Source of the DNA: Octopus sinensis
Taxonomy: Eukaryota
Length of the DNA: 64,000 nucleotides
NCBI RefSeq assembly: GCF_006345805.1
Contig: NC_043006.1
Span: 93,930,001-93,994,000 of the forward strand
Direction: 5' to 3'
This document shows, piece after piece, positions 1 to 13,644 of this stretch (positions are counted from its first letter, which is position 1; every line of letters starts with the position of its first letter). A program made the position numbers and the translations under genes. The notes below the pieces were generated by a model, which saw only the letters and a program-made list of their open reading frames with translations, ran no database searches and was not told the origin of the DNA.

Positions 1-231
1 GAGAGTTACTTCCCTTTATTAAAAAATATGCATTAAAATGGAAAAAATGATGGTAAATTATTTGTAAAATCATAGACTCATCGTAGACGCGCGCTAATAC
101 CCAGAAAGGCTCGATATGAATCACGACTATAAGATACCCGGTTTTGGTTAAACTGCATCGCAGAATGTGGGAATAGTTAGGAATCTAAATTGGAGTAGAC
201 AGACACACAACCTTTCTTTTATATATAAATA

Positions 232-902
232 TTTTCGTCCTAAAAAATTTTGTATGGATTGAATGGTTACCTCTATGGAAATATATACACGCACATTATA
301 CATACATGTGTGTATAGATACATTTAAATATCTATATACACTTTTGGGCGATCTTTCTGTTTCTTAGAGATTACTTTAGATCTTATTTTCGTCCTAAAAA
401 ACTTTGTGCAGAGTGAATGGTTACCTCTATGGAAATATATACACACACGTTATACATACATGTGTGCATAGATGAATATATAAATACATTTATATATCTA
501 TATACACTTTTGGGCGATCTTTGTGCTACTTAGAGATAACTTTAGATCTTATTTTCGTCCTAAAAAACTTTGTATGGAGTGAAAGGTTACCTCTATGGAA
601 ATATATACACACACATTATACATACATCTGTGTAAAGATGAATATATAAATACATTTAAATATCTATATACACTTTTGGGCGATCTTTCTGCTACTTGTA
701 TATACTTTAGATCTTATATTCGTCCTAAAAAACTTTGTATGGAGTGAAAGGTTACCTCTATGGAAATATATACACACACATTATACATACATCTGTGTAT
801 AGATGAATATATAAATACATTTAAATATCTATATACACTTTCGGGCGATCTTTCTGCTACTTGGATATACTTTAGATCTTATATTCGTCCTAAAAAACTT
901 TC
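232..902. repeat. Minisatellite, ~4.2 units of 154-166 bp (second copy 49661-50330)
   Basis: ttcgtcctaaaaaa recurs with the C at 236, 390, 556, 721 and 886. Confidence 0.95.
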
Positions 903-939
903 CTGTCACACACTCACGCACACGCACCCTCATACACAC

Positions 940-977
<38 letters not shown>

Positions 978-1091
978 ACACGCACACACACACACACACA
1001 CGTTAGCTTACAATTTTATTTATATATTTGCGTGTCTATGTGTGTAAAGAGGAAGTGGGAATGCAGAGTGAAAGAGTCAGTCACTACAAAA

Positions 1092-1646
1092 AGTGAATTA
1101 CTTTCACTTTATTCGTTGCACACTGTGTGTGTGCGTGTGCGTGTGCTGTAGCCGACACTAAGAAAAGCATTTGACTTATACACCACAATGTGAGTTTTTC
1201 TAAATTTTGCTTAATTGGGGTTGAAATTTTAAAAACTGGACTGGCAAGACCCGATGCATCTACTCTTAAAAATGCTAGGTAAATTGTAATTGAAGGAATC
1301 CTATATTGTAGATTTCTATAAAGACAAAGGGAGGCAGATAAAATCTGCCTTTTATAATAAGAGATATATATATCTCTTATTATAAAGGCAGATTTTATCT
1401 GCCTCCCTTTGTCACTTATAGAAATCTACAATATAGGATTTCTTCAATTACAATTTACCTAGCATTTTTAAGAGTAGAATGCATCGGGTCATGCCAAGTC
1501 CATTTTTAAAATTTAAACTCCAATTAAGCAAAATTTACAGAAAACTCACATTCTGGTGTGTATGTCAAATGCTTTTCTTAATGTGGTTTACACCACACGC
1601 ACACGCACACACACAGTGGGCACGAATAAAATGAAAGTAATTCACT
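1092..1646. repeat. ~555-bp spacerless palindrome, two head-to-head copies of one repeat (second copy 50520-51074)
   Basis: Centre gagatatatatatctc at 1361-1376; arms ~275 bp, roughly 90% identical by eye, ending agtgaattac / gtaattcact. Confidence 0.93.
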
Positions 1647-1864
1647 GTGTGTGTGTGTGACAGGTAGACAATAGAATGCGATGGCGATGGCGATGTAATA
1701 TTTGTTTCTGTCTATCACGCTGATAGATACATGAGTAAAATGTATGACAAGCTAAGAGATAAGAGTGAGTGAAAATGTTCTTGGAAGAGAGTAAATAGCG
1801 AGAGTGATTTGAGGAAGACTTTACATTAATAACCGTAGTGGCTTGTATATATATATATATAATA

Positions 1865-2135
1865 TACATACATAAGACAGTAAGGTGTGATTTGAGGGAG
1901 ATTTGGCTGCTATTTCTACCATGTCTAGCTGCCATGTAGGGGTCTCCCTCATAGGCTCATACATACATATATACATAGATAAGACAGTAAGGTGTGATTT
2001 GGGGGAAATTTGGCTGCTATTTCTACCAGGTCTAGCTACCATGTAGAGGTCCCCCTCATTGGCTCATATATATACATACATAAGACAGTAAGGTTGATTT
2101 GAGGGAGATTTGGCTGCTGTTTCTACCAGGTCTGT
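1865..2135 (+). repeat. Tandem trimer of a ~105-bp dispersed repeat (gtgatttgagggagatttggctgctatttcta)
   Basis: ataagacagtaagg recurs three times; degenerate single copies near 34590, 61555 and 62985. Confidence 0.85.
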
Positions 2136-2486
2136 CAGGCCTTCTCATGTAAACTCAAGCTTTCTCATGCCTTGAACATAAACCAAAGCAGAGAATGTAT
2201 TCTTTTATTCTTCTGCTTTTTCCAGCCATTGTCTGTGGCCATGCTGGGGCAATGCCTTGAAGAATTGTAGTTTAATGAATCAACTCCAGTTTTATTTTTG
2301 TACGCATTGTACTTATTCTATCTGTTTCCTTTGTCAAACCACTAGGTGACAGGGATGTAAACAAACCAACATTCGTTTGTCAGCAGTGGTGGAGGACAAT
2401 CACAAGCACAGACACGCACACACAACACATACATGCATACACATATACATACATACATACATGTATATATATGTGTTATATATATA

Positions 2487-2742
2487 TTGCAGCGTGGAAG
2501 GTGTTTGTAGCCATTTAAGAAACACACAAAAACCGTTAGATTCACTTCAACATTTAAATTTAATTTGTCAAAATATTTTCCTCGCTTTGAGACCGCGACC
2601 TGTTCACTGACAAAAATATCGTGCTAACAGGTCGCGGTCTCAAAGCGACGAAAATATTTTGACAAATTAAATTTAAATGTTGAAGTGAATCTAACGTTTT
2701 TGTGTGTTTCTTAAATGGCTTATAAAGACCTTCACGCTGCAA
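2487..2742. mobile_element. Foldback/MITE with ~117-bp arms and 21-bp spacer (second copy 51915-52170)
   Basis: Arms 2487-2604 and 2626-2742 are reverse complements (ttgcagcgtggaagg...gaccgcgacctgtt / aacaggtcgcggtc...ccttcacgctgcaa). Confidence 0.88.
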
Positions 2743-2907
2743 CTGTTTTCGTTCCACAACGATCTCAGATCAAGTCACTCAGCTATGCAAGTACATCTCT
2801 GTAACTATATATATTTATATAAATATATATATATATATATGTATATTGTAAAACAGTAAGATAACAAAAGAAAGAAAGAGACCTCAATATTATGTAAATA
2901 GAGGAAA

Positions 2908-3302
2908 TTTTTATATATAAAAGTGAGGTTGTGTGTCTGTCTCCTACGATTTAGATTCCTAACTACTCCACATTTTGCGGTGCGTTTAACCAAACCGGGT
3001 ATCTTATAGTCGTGATTCATATCGAGACCGTCTGGGTATTACCGCGCGTCTACGATGAGTCTACGATTTAAAAAAAAATTTACCATCAATTTTCCCCCTT
3101 TTTAATCCATTTTTGACATATATAAGGGAAGTAAACTCTCTAAAATTTATTATTAAATCTCAGAACGTAAAAAGCTACGTACAACACCCCTCCCCCTTGT
3201 GTGGTTAGCCATATTGAGATGGCTATTATACTTTACATCTCTAAAAATGCTTATATAATTATTTCCCTTACAAACCCGAGCAACGCCGGGCGATACTGCT
3301 AG
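2908..3302 (+). mobile_element. Non-autonomous Helitron (second copy 52336-52730)
   Basis: Same family as 25555-25863; 3' GC hairpin cccgagcaacgccggg followed by CTAG|T. Confidence 0.8.
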
Positions 3303-3381
3303 TATATATATATATATGACACACACACACACACATATATATATACGTATATATATATGTATATATTATATTATATATTAT

Positions 3382-3412
<31 letters not shown>

Positions 3413-4199
3413 ATATATAATATATACATACACACACATACATATCTATACATATATATGTATATATATATGTGTCTCTGTGGTGTGTGTGTGTGCCACG
3501 CATAAACTAGAAGCCTGTTTAAATGCACGTCAATCCCATTTTGATAAAAATAGAGAGCCAGCAAACACCAAACAAAAACATTCGGCATCTGAAGCTTTGA
3601 CGTTCTTCACAACTGAAATTGCTACATTCAAATGAAAACACCTCAACGACCACACACAAACACTCTCACACACACACTATCTGTCTGTCCGTCTGTCTGT
3701 CTGTTGTGCCTGATTGTCTATCTGTCTGTCATCTCTTCGGGATCGATAAAACGAGTACCATTTGAACACTGGGGTCAACGTAATAAACTTAACTATATAA
3801 CTAAAATAGTTGGCCCATGCCAAAATTTGAAACCAATATTTGGTACCCTGATTGCTTTAAACGGAGACAGGTCTGGTTAAGCAAGCATTTGAGCCGATTC
3901 AGACAGAAAAAAAAATTATTCGGTCAAGGTTTATCCGGGGTGGAACCAATGGCGTAGTTAGAGTGAGTGCCGCCTGAGATGGCCTGTGATTGTACTGTTC
4001 CCATCGCCGTTGGGCAAAACGACCTATACACGCTTATACGATAAACCCAAAGTGCTGACTCCATAAATGCGTCACCTGCGTGGCACTGTGCCACTCCACC
4101 CTGCACCCCCGCATCCCACCCAACTATGTCTTCCTGGCCGAGTCCAGTCTCCTGCAAGTATTTGAGTCAGCTCTTTGTACTCTCCACACAAAATTTAAC

Positions 4200-4675
4200 A
4201 AAATGTAGGCGTAGCTTGCTTTCCATCCACATGGTTCCAGGTTCAGTGCCACTGTGTGACAGCTTGGACAAGTGTCTTCTACTATTGCCGCGGGCCGACC
4301 AAAGCCTTCTGAGTGGATTTGATAGATGGAAACTGAAATAAGCCCGTCACACACACGCACACGCACACGCACACACACACACACAACACACACACACACA
4401 CACACACACGTGTTTGTTTGTGTGTGTGCGCGCGAGTGCGTATCTTTGTGTCTGTGCCTGTCCTACACCACCTCTTGACAACCGACGCTGGTGTGTTTAT
4501 GTTCCCGTAACTTAAGGTTCAGCAAAACAGATCGCTAGAATAAGAACCAGTCTTTACAAAATAATTACTAGGATCGATTGGTCCGACTAAAAATTCTTCA
4601 AGCCAGTGCCCCAGCATGGCCGCAGTCTACTGCCTGAACTAAGTAAAAAATAAAAGATGCTAAAAGATAAAAATA
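4200..4675 (+). mobile_element. SINE family 1 (duplicate ~53630-54100)
   Basis: Same head, CORE and tail as 33573-33983. Confidence 0.8.
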
Positions 4676-5322
4676 AATAAATAATAAACCATAAACGTTT
4701 GTTGAAGCTTGAAATCCAGACCAAAACGTCGCCATTAACCACAAATGCTAATATTTCAATGCGTTATACAATGTTTAACAAACAACTGATGGCCATTTTT
4801 TCTATTGCTTCAGTCATTAGACTGCGGCCATGCTGGGGCACCAGCCTTGAAGAAATTTTTGTCGACTAAATCGACCTCTGTATTTTTGTTTTTTCCAAAG
4901 CCTGGTACCTGTTCTATCAGTCTCTTTTGCCGATTTTTTAAGTTACAGGGACGTGAACACATCTTTACCGGTTGTCAAGCGGTGGTGGGGAATAAAAAGG
5001 AAGGCATCTCCACTCCACACACAGACTTTCGAACGCAAATATGCTATTCGCTGTTGTGTACGTCACAGGAAACAAGTTCTTCTCTACGACAACTACGTGT
5101 TCAGGAGGAGTTGTTCTCTATTGACAAATGCAACATCGATTAGCAGATTTGCGATCGAATCTGCCGGAATATATTAAGAATAAATTTGCAAGTTATTGTT
5201 TCGACTCTCGCTGTTCACTATAAAGACAACGATCAATAAATAAACCATTATGTTATAATAACCGATATAAATATTGGATGGCTTGTTGGTTGGTTGATTT
5301 CTGAAGTGACGTTTAATATCGT

Positions 5323-5389
<67 letters not shown>

Positions 5390-5566
5390 ACAGAAATGAA
5401 GAATTAACACTAGAGGTGTAAAATGTTGCCCATACAAGTTTGGTGGCAAGCATTGAGTGAACGAACGTTAGACACATTGTGATTGTCATAGGGAAAGAGG
5501 AGGAAAGGAGGGGGATACACACACACCACACACACACATATCTATCTATCTATCTATCTATCTATC

Positions 5567-5604
<38 letters not shown>

Positions 5605-5612
5605 ACATATAT

Positions 5613-5685
<73 letters not shown>

Positions 5686-6084
5686 CTATATATATATATA
5701 TATATATTATAATTATTATTACTCTATGTTTGACTTTTGCTTTATGTCTGTACAAGTTGGCTCCAAGTCTCACCCAGAGACCTCAAGACAACAGGTTGGA
5801 TTTCTGTGCCATATATTTGGGGGGTTTTTGTTTTTTTTTTTTGGTGTTGTATTAGTGAATGTCTAATACATAAAAAAATAAATAAATAAATAAATTTTTT
5901 TTAAATAAAATAAAAAACTTTTTTTTTAATTATTCTTATTATATTATTATTATATTGTTATTATTATTTCTAAGTCTCTCTAAAGGAGACTACGGTAGCG
6001 GTACTGGATATTAACAGTTATCGCCGAGCTAATATGGCAGTCCATAAATATAGGACGAAAGCTGCTGTTGATTAACTCCAAGAG

Positions 6085-6135
<51 letters not shown>

Positions 6136-6449
6136 GGGGGTGAATATATGTGTGAATTTCCATTACGTAAAAGCAACAGGGAAGGTAATTTTGATTTCTT
6201 TTTTTTTTTACTTTTTAAATGTTGTTCTTTAATATTTAACTTATCTTAAAGCAATAAACATTTTTCTCTTGATAATTAATATTCATTTCATCGTTTTGCA
6301 TAAACATCAAGAAATCCGATAAAACTTAAGATTGTAATTATAGTGTGTAATTAATATTTCCTGACATTACCCATGGTGGTAAAGTATACTCCCTGCGTTT
6401 CTCGTCGTATGACGGGTTATAGGCTAGTAAATATCTTTTATTATTTTTT

Positions 6450-6643
6450 TTTTACTTGTTTCAGTTTTTAGACTACGGCCATGCTGGGGCACTGCCTTTG
6501 GGGAATTTTATTCGAATGAATCAACTTCAGTAATTCTTTGTTTAAAGTCTGGCACTTAATCTATCGGTTTGTTTTGCCGAATCGCTAAGTTACGGAGATG
6601 TAGACACACCAACATTGGTTGTGAAACGGTGGTAGGGGACAAT

Positions 6644-6702
<59 letters not shown>

Positions 6703-6805
6703 ACACACACACACACCCACACCACAGACACGACGGGCTTCTTTCAGTTTCCGTCTACCAAACCCATTACTAGGTCTTGATCGGCTCGAGGCTATAGTAG
6801 AAGAA
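6450..6805 (-). mobile_element. SINE family 1, lacking the head (duplicate ~55880-56245); 3' pieces also at ~2200-2420 and ~4800-5030
   Basis: gactacggccatgctggggcactgcc...gctatagtagaaga. Confidence 0.75.
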
Positions 6806-6948
6806 GCGATCATTCGTTACTAGTAACATAGCTGTCACTTATAAACCCACGTAGGTTTATTCACATTTCTGACGAAAAAAGATATTCTTCCCCCACCCCT
6901 AACCCTAACCCCACATATATAAAAAAATTAAAATTTTACGGCAAGTGA

Positions 6949-7048
6949 NNNNNNNNNNNNNNNNNNNNNNNNNNNNNNNNNNNNNNNNNNNNNNNNNNNN
7001 NNNNNNNNNNNNNNNNNNNNNNNNNNNNNNNNNNNNNNNNNNNNNNNN
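6949..7048. other. Assembly gap, 100 N
   Basis: Run of exactly 100 N, typical of an unsized scaffold join. Confidence 0.99.
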
Positions 7049-7486
7049 ATACTACTACAACTACTATAACCCTCTACGACTTCTATTACACTACTACCAC
7101 AAACATCGCCTCAACCACCGCCATCACAATCATCTTCCCTCGAGCAACACTACCACCACCACCATAAACTTATTCACCACCTCCACCATCATCACCAACC
7201 AACACCACCGCCACCGTCAATACCACCACCACCACTGCCACCGCCACCTCGGCCGCAGGCACCTCTACCTCCACCAGAAATATCTATCCACCAACCCACC
7301 AACCCACCAACCCACCAGCCAGCCAGCCAACAACGTCATACGTCACTCGAAGTTCTAAGCTGACCTTTCCCCGGCACCGCCAGTGACATATTTTCCAGGT
7401 AAGACGAATGTCAATTTTATATTTATATTATAAGGATTTGGCTCCGTGTTTATGGTTTTATATGCATATATTTGCAATTATATACG

Positions 7487-7517
<31 letters not shown>

Positions 7518-7658
7518 TTATATGTATGTGTGTGAGTTATATACCAGTGTGTTTACATGCATGGAGACGTATACATCCATGCATATACGCATAATATTTA
7601 TAATCGGGTATTTACATCACAGTGTGTTTGTGTGTGTGTTTGTGCCATATATTAAGTA

Positions 7659-7737
<79 letters not shown>

Positions 7738-7845
7738 ATATACGTATACTCACCCACGAATACCCGTCCAAATACGTGTAAATATGTGTGACTTCGATTG
7801 GATGGAGAGATAGATAGATAGATGAATGGATGGATGGATGGAGAT

Positions 7846-7938
<93 letters not shown>

Positions 7939-8162
7939 CAGATAGATAGATGGGTGGATAAAGGCGAAGACGAAACTACATACATATATGCATGCATGTA
8001 TTATATGAATATTTTTCTGTACAGGAATGTGTGTGCGTGTATTCACACACACTCACACACACACTCACACACACTCACACACACACACACTCACATACAT
8101 ACTAACTAAATATACACAGGCATGTATATGTAAATATGTGTGCAGTGTGTGTATATATATGC

Positions 8163-8199
<37 letters not shown>

Positions 8200-8940
8200 A
8201 GTGTGTGTGTGAGTGAGTGTGTGTGTGAGTGAGTGTGTGTGTGAGTGTGTGTGAATACACGCACACACATTCCTGTACAGAAAAATATTCATATAATACA
8301 TTTTTATTTTTATTTTTATTTTCCCTTTTCTCTTTTTGTCTCTCTCCCCTTCTCCAAACACACAGAGACACACACACACACATGCACACACACACACACA
8401 CACAAACACACACGGACACACAGAGACACACACACACACACCTCCACAAAACGATCATACAAAGTAGAAGAGTTCTTAGACCCCAAATGGCATTTGACCA
8501 TCCTCAAAATCATAAAAGGTGTAATTTTTGGCCTGCCTACCCACCAACACACACTCAGTGACACTAAAATGGACAAAGGCTAAAATTCTTAGAACTCCCT
8601 TGGGGGTCCAGCAGGCCAAAGGAAATCCTTCTTCTTCTTCCCCTCTTTTTCTTTAGCCTCAGATACAAACACACACACACACACATACACACATGTTCTC
8701 TCTCTCACTTCCTCCTCATCCACTTCACCCTCTTGTGCTGTCGTGTTCCTCCCCACCACTACGAAACTCTATAAAATGATTAAAATTCCCCACAAAGGAA
8801 TTATTTTGATTTGAAAACCCCACTAGAATGGGAGAAAGCGCTAATGATCTGAATGATATGATATATATATGTAAAAAATGTAATATAAATAAATATCTGT
8901 AAATATGAACCATCCGATCTTCTGATTACCTCATTTCTTC

Positions 8941-8981
<41 letters not shown>

Positions 8982-9038
8982 TGTTTGTATAGATAGATAG
9001 ATAGGTAGATATGTATATGTATATGTATATATGTATGA

Positions 9039-9071
<33 letters not shown>

Positions 9072-9079
9072 TGTATGTA

Positions 9080-10370
9080 CGAGGGACGTTCAATAAGTAA
9101 TCCCCCTGACCCACTTGCAGTTGTTTGATCTAGCTGAAATTTTGCATGTGCAATTATTTATATCTCTATAGAGTAAGTGGCAAATTACAGCTCTGACCTA
9201 ATTGTGGTTTCTGATTTACAAGTGTTTGAACTGAGTCAAGTGTGAAATGGAGCCTGTTGAGTGTCGAGCAGTGATCCGGTTTTTGTATTTGAAAGGACGC
9301 ACACCACGGGAGACTTTTGCTGAAATGAAATTAACTTATGGTGATGATGCCCTATCATAGGACCTTGTAAAACTCTGGCATCGTGAATTCAAACATGGTC
9401 GGAACTCTGTGGAAACAGCTCCCAGATCTGGTCGCCTCCTTTCTGCCATTGATGAGACATCTGTCCGTCAAGTTGGGGCTGCCATTTTGGAAGATCGACG
9501 CATAACAATTCGCCAAATAGCCCATCAGGTCAAGATTAGTACCGGGTCTGTGGAAACTATCATTCATGACCATTTGCATGTGTAAAAGGTGTCTGCCAGA
9601 TGGATTCCCAGGTTGCTCACACCTTTCCAGAAGCAAGAACGCGTCGAGTGCTCGAGGATAAATTTGGAGATGTGCAAGAAGATGAGTCAAAAGTTTTCAA
9701 AAGACTTATTACACAGGATGAAAGCTGAGTTCATCACTATGATCCAGATACCAAAGTCCAGTCAATGCAGTGGAAGCACCGTGACTCACCTCCTCCAAAG
9801 AAGGCAAGGGTGCAGCCATTCGCTGGCAAGGTCATGCTCACAGTCTTCTGGGACCAGGACGGAGTAGTGATGACAGATTTCCTGGCAAAGGGTACCACAG
9901 TTACAGAAGCCTATTATGCTTCACTTTTGAGGAAATTAAGAGAAGTTATCAAAATCAAGAGGCGGGGCAAGATCAGCAAATGCATTCTCCTCCTGCAGGA
10001 CAACGCTCCGGTCCACAACTCGCGTGTCGCCAGAACAGAAGCACAGGCGTGCGGCTATGAACTCCTCCCCCATCCCCCTACTCTCCTGACCTTGCACCCT
10101 CTGATTTTCACCTCTACCCATCCATGAAGTTGTTTTTGAAAGGAAAGCGTTTCCCAGATGATGCAGCCTTGATTTCTGAAGTCACGTCGTGGTTGGAGGA
10201 CCAAGCTGAGCTCTTCTACAAAAACGGTCTCCAGAGCTGCATTAAACGATGGGAGAAATGCGTAACTCTGGGTGATTCCTATGTAGAAAAATACTAATAA
10301 CTGTGCTAAGTTTCGTTGCTCTACTGCTATGGGAAGTGGGTCAGGGGCATTACTTATTGAACGGCCCTCG
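9080..10370 (+). mobile_element. Full-length (1291 bp) mariner, DD34D, probably irritans subfamily; transposase pseudogene 9247-10297
   Basis: 37-bp TIRs with 2 mismatches (cgagggacgttcaataagtaatccccctgacccactt), TA on both sides. Translation gives ARWIPRLL, QDES*VHHYDP, LQDNAP, (Y)SPDLAPSD with 34 residues between D2 and D3. Three in-frame stops plus frameshifts. Confidence 0.95.
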
Positions 10371-11540
10371 TATGTATGTATGCATTCATGTATGTATGTA
10401 TGTATATGTAGATCCGTATATGTATATGTGTATGTCCGCCCGCGCTTCTGAGCGTGTGTCACCAAACGAAGAAATATTTATTTTCAGGTCAAAGTAACTT
10501 CATATGATTTCATGCTGTGCTCGGGTGTACCCAACCCAAGTATTTATACACACACATGCCACACTATGCTTATACCAGTAGAAACTGCGAGGTAAATATT
10601 TATTTAAGTATATCTTTGTCATTTCCAACCTTGTTTTTGTTTGTTGTTTTTTTTCTTCCTTTTGTAATAGCAACTTTAGTGACTTCTTAAGCAAGGAAGC
10701 TCTGCCGCGGCCGAAGGTCCTTACATGCTTACCAGCCTGTTTTTGTTTATGAGCAATGCTTGACAAGTAGGCGTGAATGCTGGTTCTTCACATTTCGTTA
10801 AACGTCCTTTATTGTTGGCCTAAAAAATTATGAATGAATTAAATTTTCTGTCTTATGACGTAAATGGAGATATTTGTGTCAGGAGAAATACCCCGTGGCA
10901 GGAAATATAATGAGTCACAAATGTGAACAGAACCTCGTACCTCGTTGTCTGCTTGTGTCACCTGTCACTCAGCTAAATCGTGGTTTTACGTGTGTTTGTT
11001 GTCATTTTTCTATAGCTTTTTTTTTGTTTTTTTCGTTATCTTTTTACCTTTTACAGTCATTCCGCTACGGCCATGCTGGGGCACCGCCTTGAAGTAGTTT
11101 TAGTCGAACGAATCGATCCCAGTACTTATTTTTTTAAAGCTTGATACTTATTCTATCGGTCCATTTGACGAACCACTAACTTATGGGGACGTAAACACAC
11201 CAGCACTGTTATCAAGCCGTAGTGGGGGACAAACACAAGCACGCACGCGCGCACACACACACACACACCACACACACACACAACATACACACATGTTCTC
11301 TCTCTCACTTCCTCCTCATCCACTTCACCCTCTTGTGCTGTCGTGTTCCTCCCCACCACTACGAAACTCTATAAAATGATTAAAAATTCCCCACAAAGGA
11401 ATTATTTTGATTTGAAAACCCCACTAGAATGGGAGAAAGCGCTAATGATCTGAATGATATGATATTATATGTAAAAAATGTAATATAAATAAATATCTGT
11501 AAATATGAACCATCCGATCTTCTGATTACCTCATTTCTTC

Positions 11541-11583
<43 letters not shown>

Positions 11584-11640
11584 TGTTTGTATAGATAGAT
11601 AGATAGGTAGATATGTATATGTATATGTATATATGTATGA

Positions 11641-11673
<33 letters not shown>

Positions 11674-11681
11674 TGTATGTA

Positions 11682-12979
11682 CGAGGGACGTTCAATAAGT
11701 AATCCCCCTGACCCACTTGCAGTTGTTTGATCTAGCTGAAATTTTGCATGTGCAATTATTTATATCTCTATAGAGTAAGTGGCAAATTACAGCTCTGACC
11801 TAATTGTGGTTTCTGATTTACAAGTGTTTGAACTGAGTCAAGTGTGAAATGGAGCCTGTTGAGTGTCGAGCAGTGATCCGGTTTTTGTATTTGAAAGGAC
11901 GCACACCACGGGAGACTTTTGCTGAAATGAAATTAACTTATGGTGATGATGCCCTATCATAGGACCTTGTAAAACTCTGGCATCGTGAATTCAAACATGG
12001 TCGGAACTCTGTGGAAACAGCTCCCAGATCTGGTCGCCTCCTTTCTGCCATTGATGAGACATCTGTCCGTCAAGTTGTCAAGTTGGGGCTGCATTTTGGA
12101 AGATCGACGCATAACAATTCGCCAAATAGCCCATCAGGTCAAGATTAGTACCGGGTCTGTGGAAACTATCATTCATGACCATTTGCATGTGTAAAAGGTG
12201 TCTGCCAGATGGATTCCCAGGTTGCTCACACCTTTCCAGAAGCAAGAACGCGTCGAGTGCTCGAGGATAAATTTGGAGATGTGCCAAGAAGATGAGTCAA
12301 AAGTTTTCAAAAGACTTATTACACAGGATGAAAGCTGAGTTCATCACTATGATCCAGATACCAAAGTCCAGTCAATGCAGTGGAAGCACCGTGACTCACC
12401 TCCTCCAAAGAAGGCAAGGGTGCAGCCATTCGCTGGCAAGGTCATGCTCACAGTCTTCTGGGACCAGGACGGAGTAGTGATGACAGATTTCCTGGCAAAG
12501 GGTACCACAGTTACAGAAGCCTATTATGCTTCACTTTTGAGGAAATTAAGAGAAGTTATCAAAATCAAGAGGCGGGGCAAGATCAGCAAATGCATTCTCC
12601 TCCTGCAGGACAACGCTCCGGTCCACAACTCGCGTGTCGCCAGAACAGAAGCACAGGCGTGCGGCTATGAACTCCTCCCCCATCCCCCTACTCTCCTGAC
12701 CTTGCACCCTCTGATTTTCACCTCTACCATCCATGAAGTTGTTTTTGAAAGGAAAGCGTTTCCCAGATGATGCAGCCTTGATTTCTGAAGTCACGTCGTG
12801 GTTGGAGGACCAAGCTGAGCTCTTCTACAAAAACGGTCTCCAGAGCTGCATTAAACGATGGGAGAAATGCGTAACTCTGGGTGATTCCTATGTAGAAAAA
12901 TACTAATAACTGTGCTAAGTTTCGTTGCTCTACTGCTATGGGAAGTGGGTCAGGGGCATTACTTATTGAACGGCCCTCG
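11682..12979 (+). mobile_element. Second copy of the same mariner; transposase pseudogene 11849-12906
   Basis: Same TIRs, TA flanks and shared stops; differs by an 8-bp duplication and a few 1-bp indels. Confidence 0.95.
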
Positions 12980-13644
12980 TATGTATGTATGCATTCATGT
13001 ATGTATGTATGTATATGTAGATCCGTATATGTATATGTGTATGTCCGCCCGCGCTTCTGAGCGTGTGTCACCAAACGAAGAAATATTTATTTTCAGGTCA
13101 AAGTAACTTCATATGATTTCATGCTGTGCTCGGGTGTACCCAACCCAAGTATTTATACACACACATGCCACACTATGCTTATACCAGTAGAAACTGCGAG
13201 GTAAATATTTATTTAAGTATATCTTTGTCATTTCCAACCTTGTTTTTGTTTGTTGTTTTTTTTCTTCCTTTTGTAATAGCAACTTTAGTGACTTCTTAAG
13301 CAAGGAAGCTCTGCCGCGGCCGAAGGTCCTTACATGCTTACCAGCCTGTTTTTGTTATGAGCAATGCTTGACAAGTAGGCGTGAATGCTGGTTCTTCACA
13401 TTTCGTTAAACGTCCTTTATTGTTGGCCTAAAAAATTATGAATGAATTAAATTTTCTGTCTTATGACGTAAATGGAGATATTTGTGTCAGGAGAAATACC
13501 CCGTGGCAGAAATATAATGAGTCACAAATGTGAACAGAACCTCGTACCTCGTTGTCTGCTTGTGTCACCTGTCACTCAGCTAAATCGTGGTTTTACGTGT
13601 GTTTGTTGTCATTTTTCTATAGCTTTTTTTTTGTTTTTTTCGTT

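Larger units (their letters stand above)
1..6948 (+). repeat. Copy 1 of a ~7-kb direct duplication (open at window start, ends at N gap)
   Basis: Near-identical to 49430-56385 throughout, including unique sequence; differences are mostly 1-bp indels and microsatellite length. Confidence 0.97.

Noticed and set aside
232-902. Possible hammerhead in the 165-bp tandem repeat (minus strand GGACGAAA)
   Set aside because: No CUGANGA and no complementary GUCC upstream; it is not a retrozyme array on the motif evidence.
232-2135. CRISPR-like appearance of regularly spaced repeats
   Set aside because: Whole units repeat with no unique spacers, no cas genes, and the context is eukaryotic.
5030-5180. 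Possible FLYWCH/MULE remnant (KQVLLYDNYVFRR)
   Set aside because: The W-x-C and H residues cannot be recovered without assuming several changes; too short to support.
6896-6911. ccctaaccctaaccc, telomere-like, next to the gap
   Set aside because: Only about two units, and the duplicate at ~56335 continues into ordinary sequence; not a telomere.
9765-12770. Mariner ORFs as active transposases
   Set aside because: Both copies share three in-frame stops and a frameshift before YSPDL.
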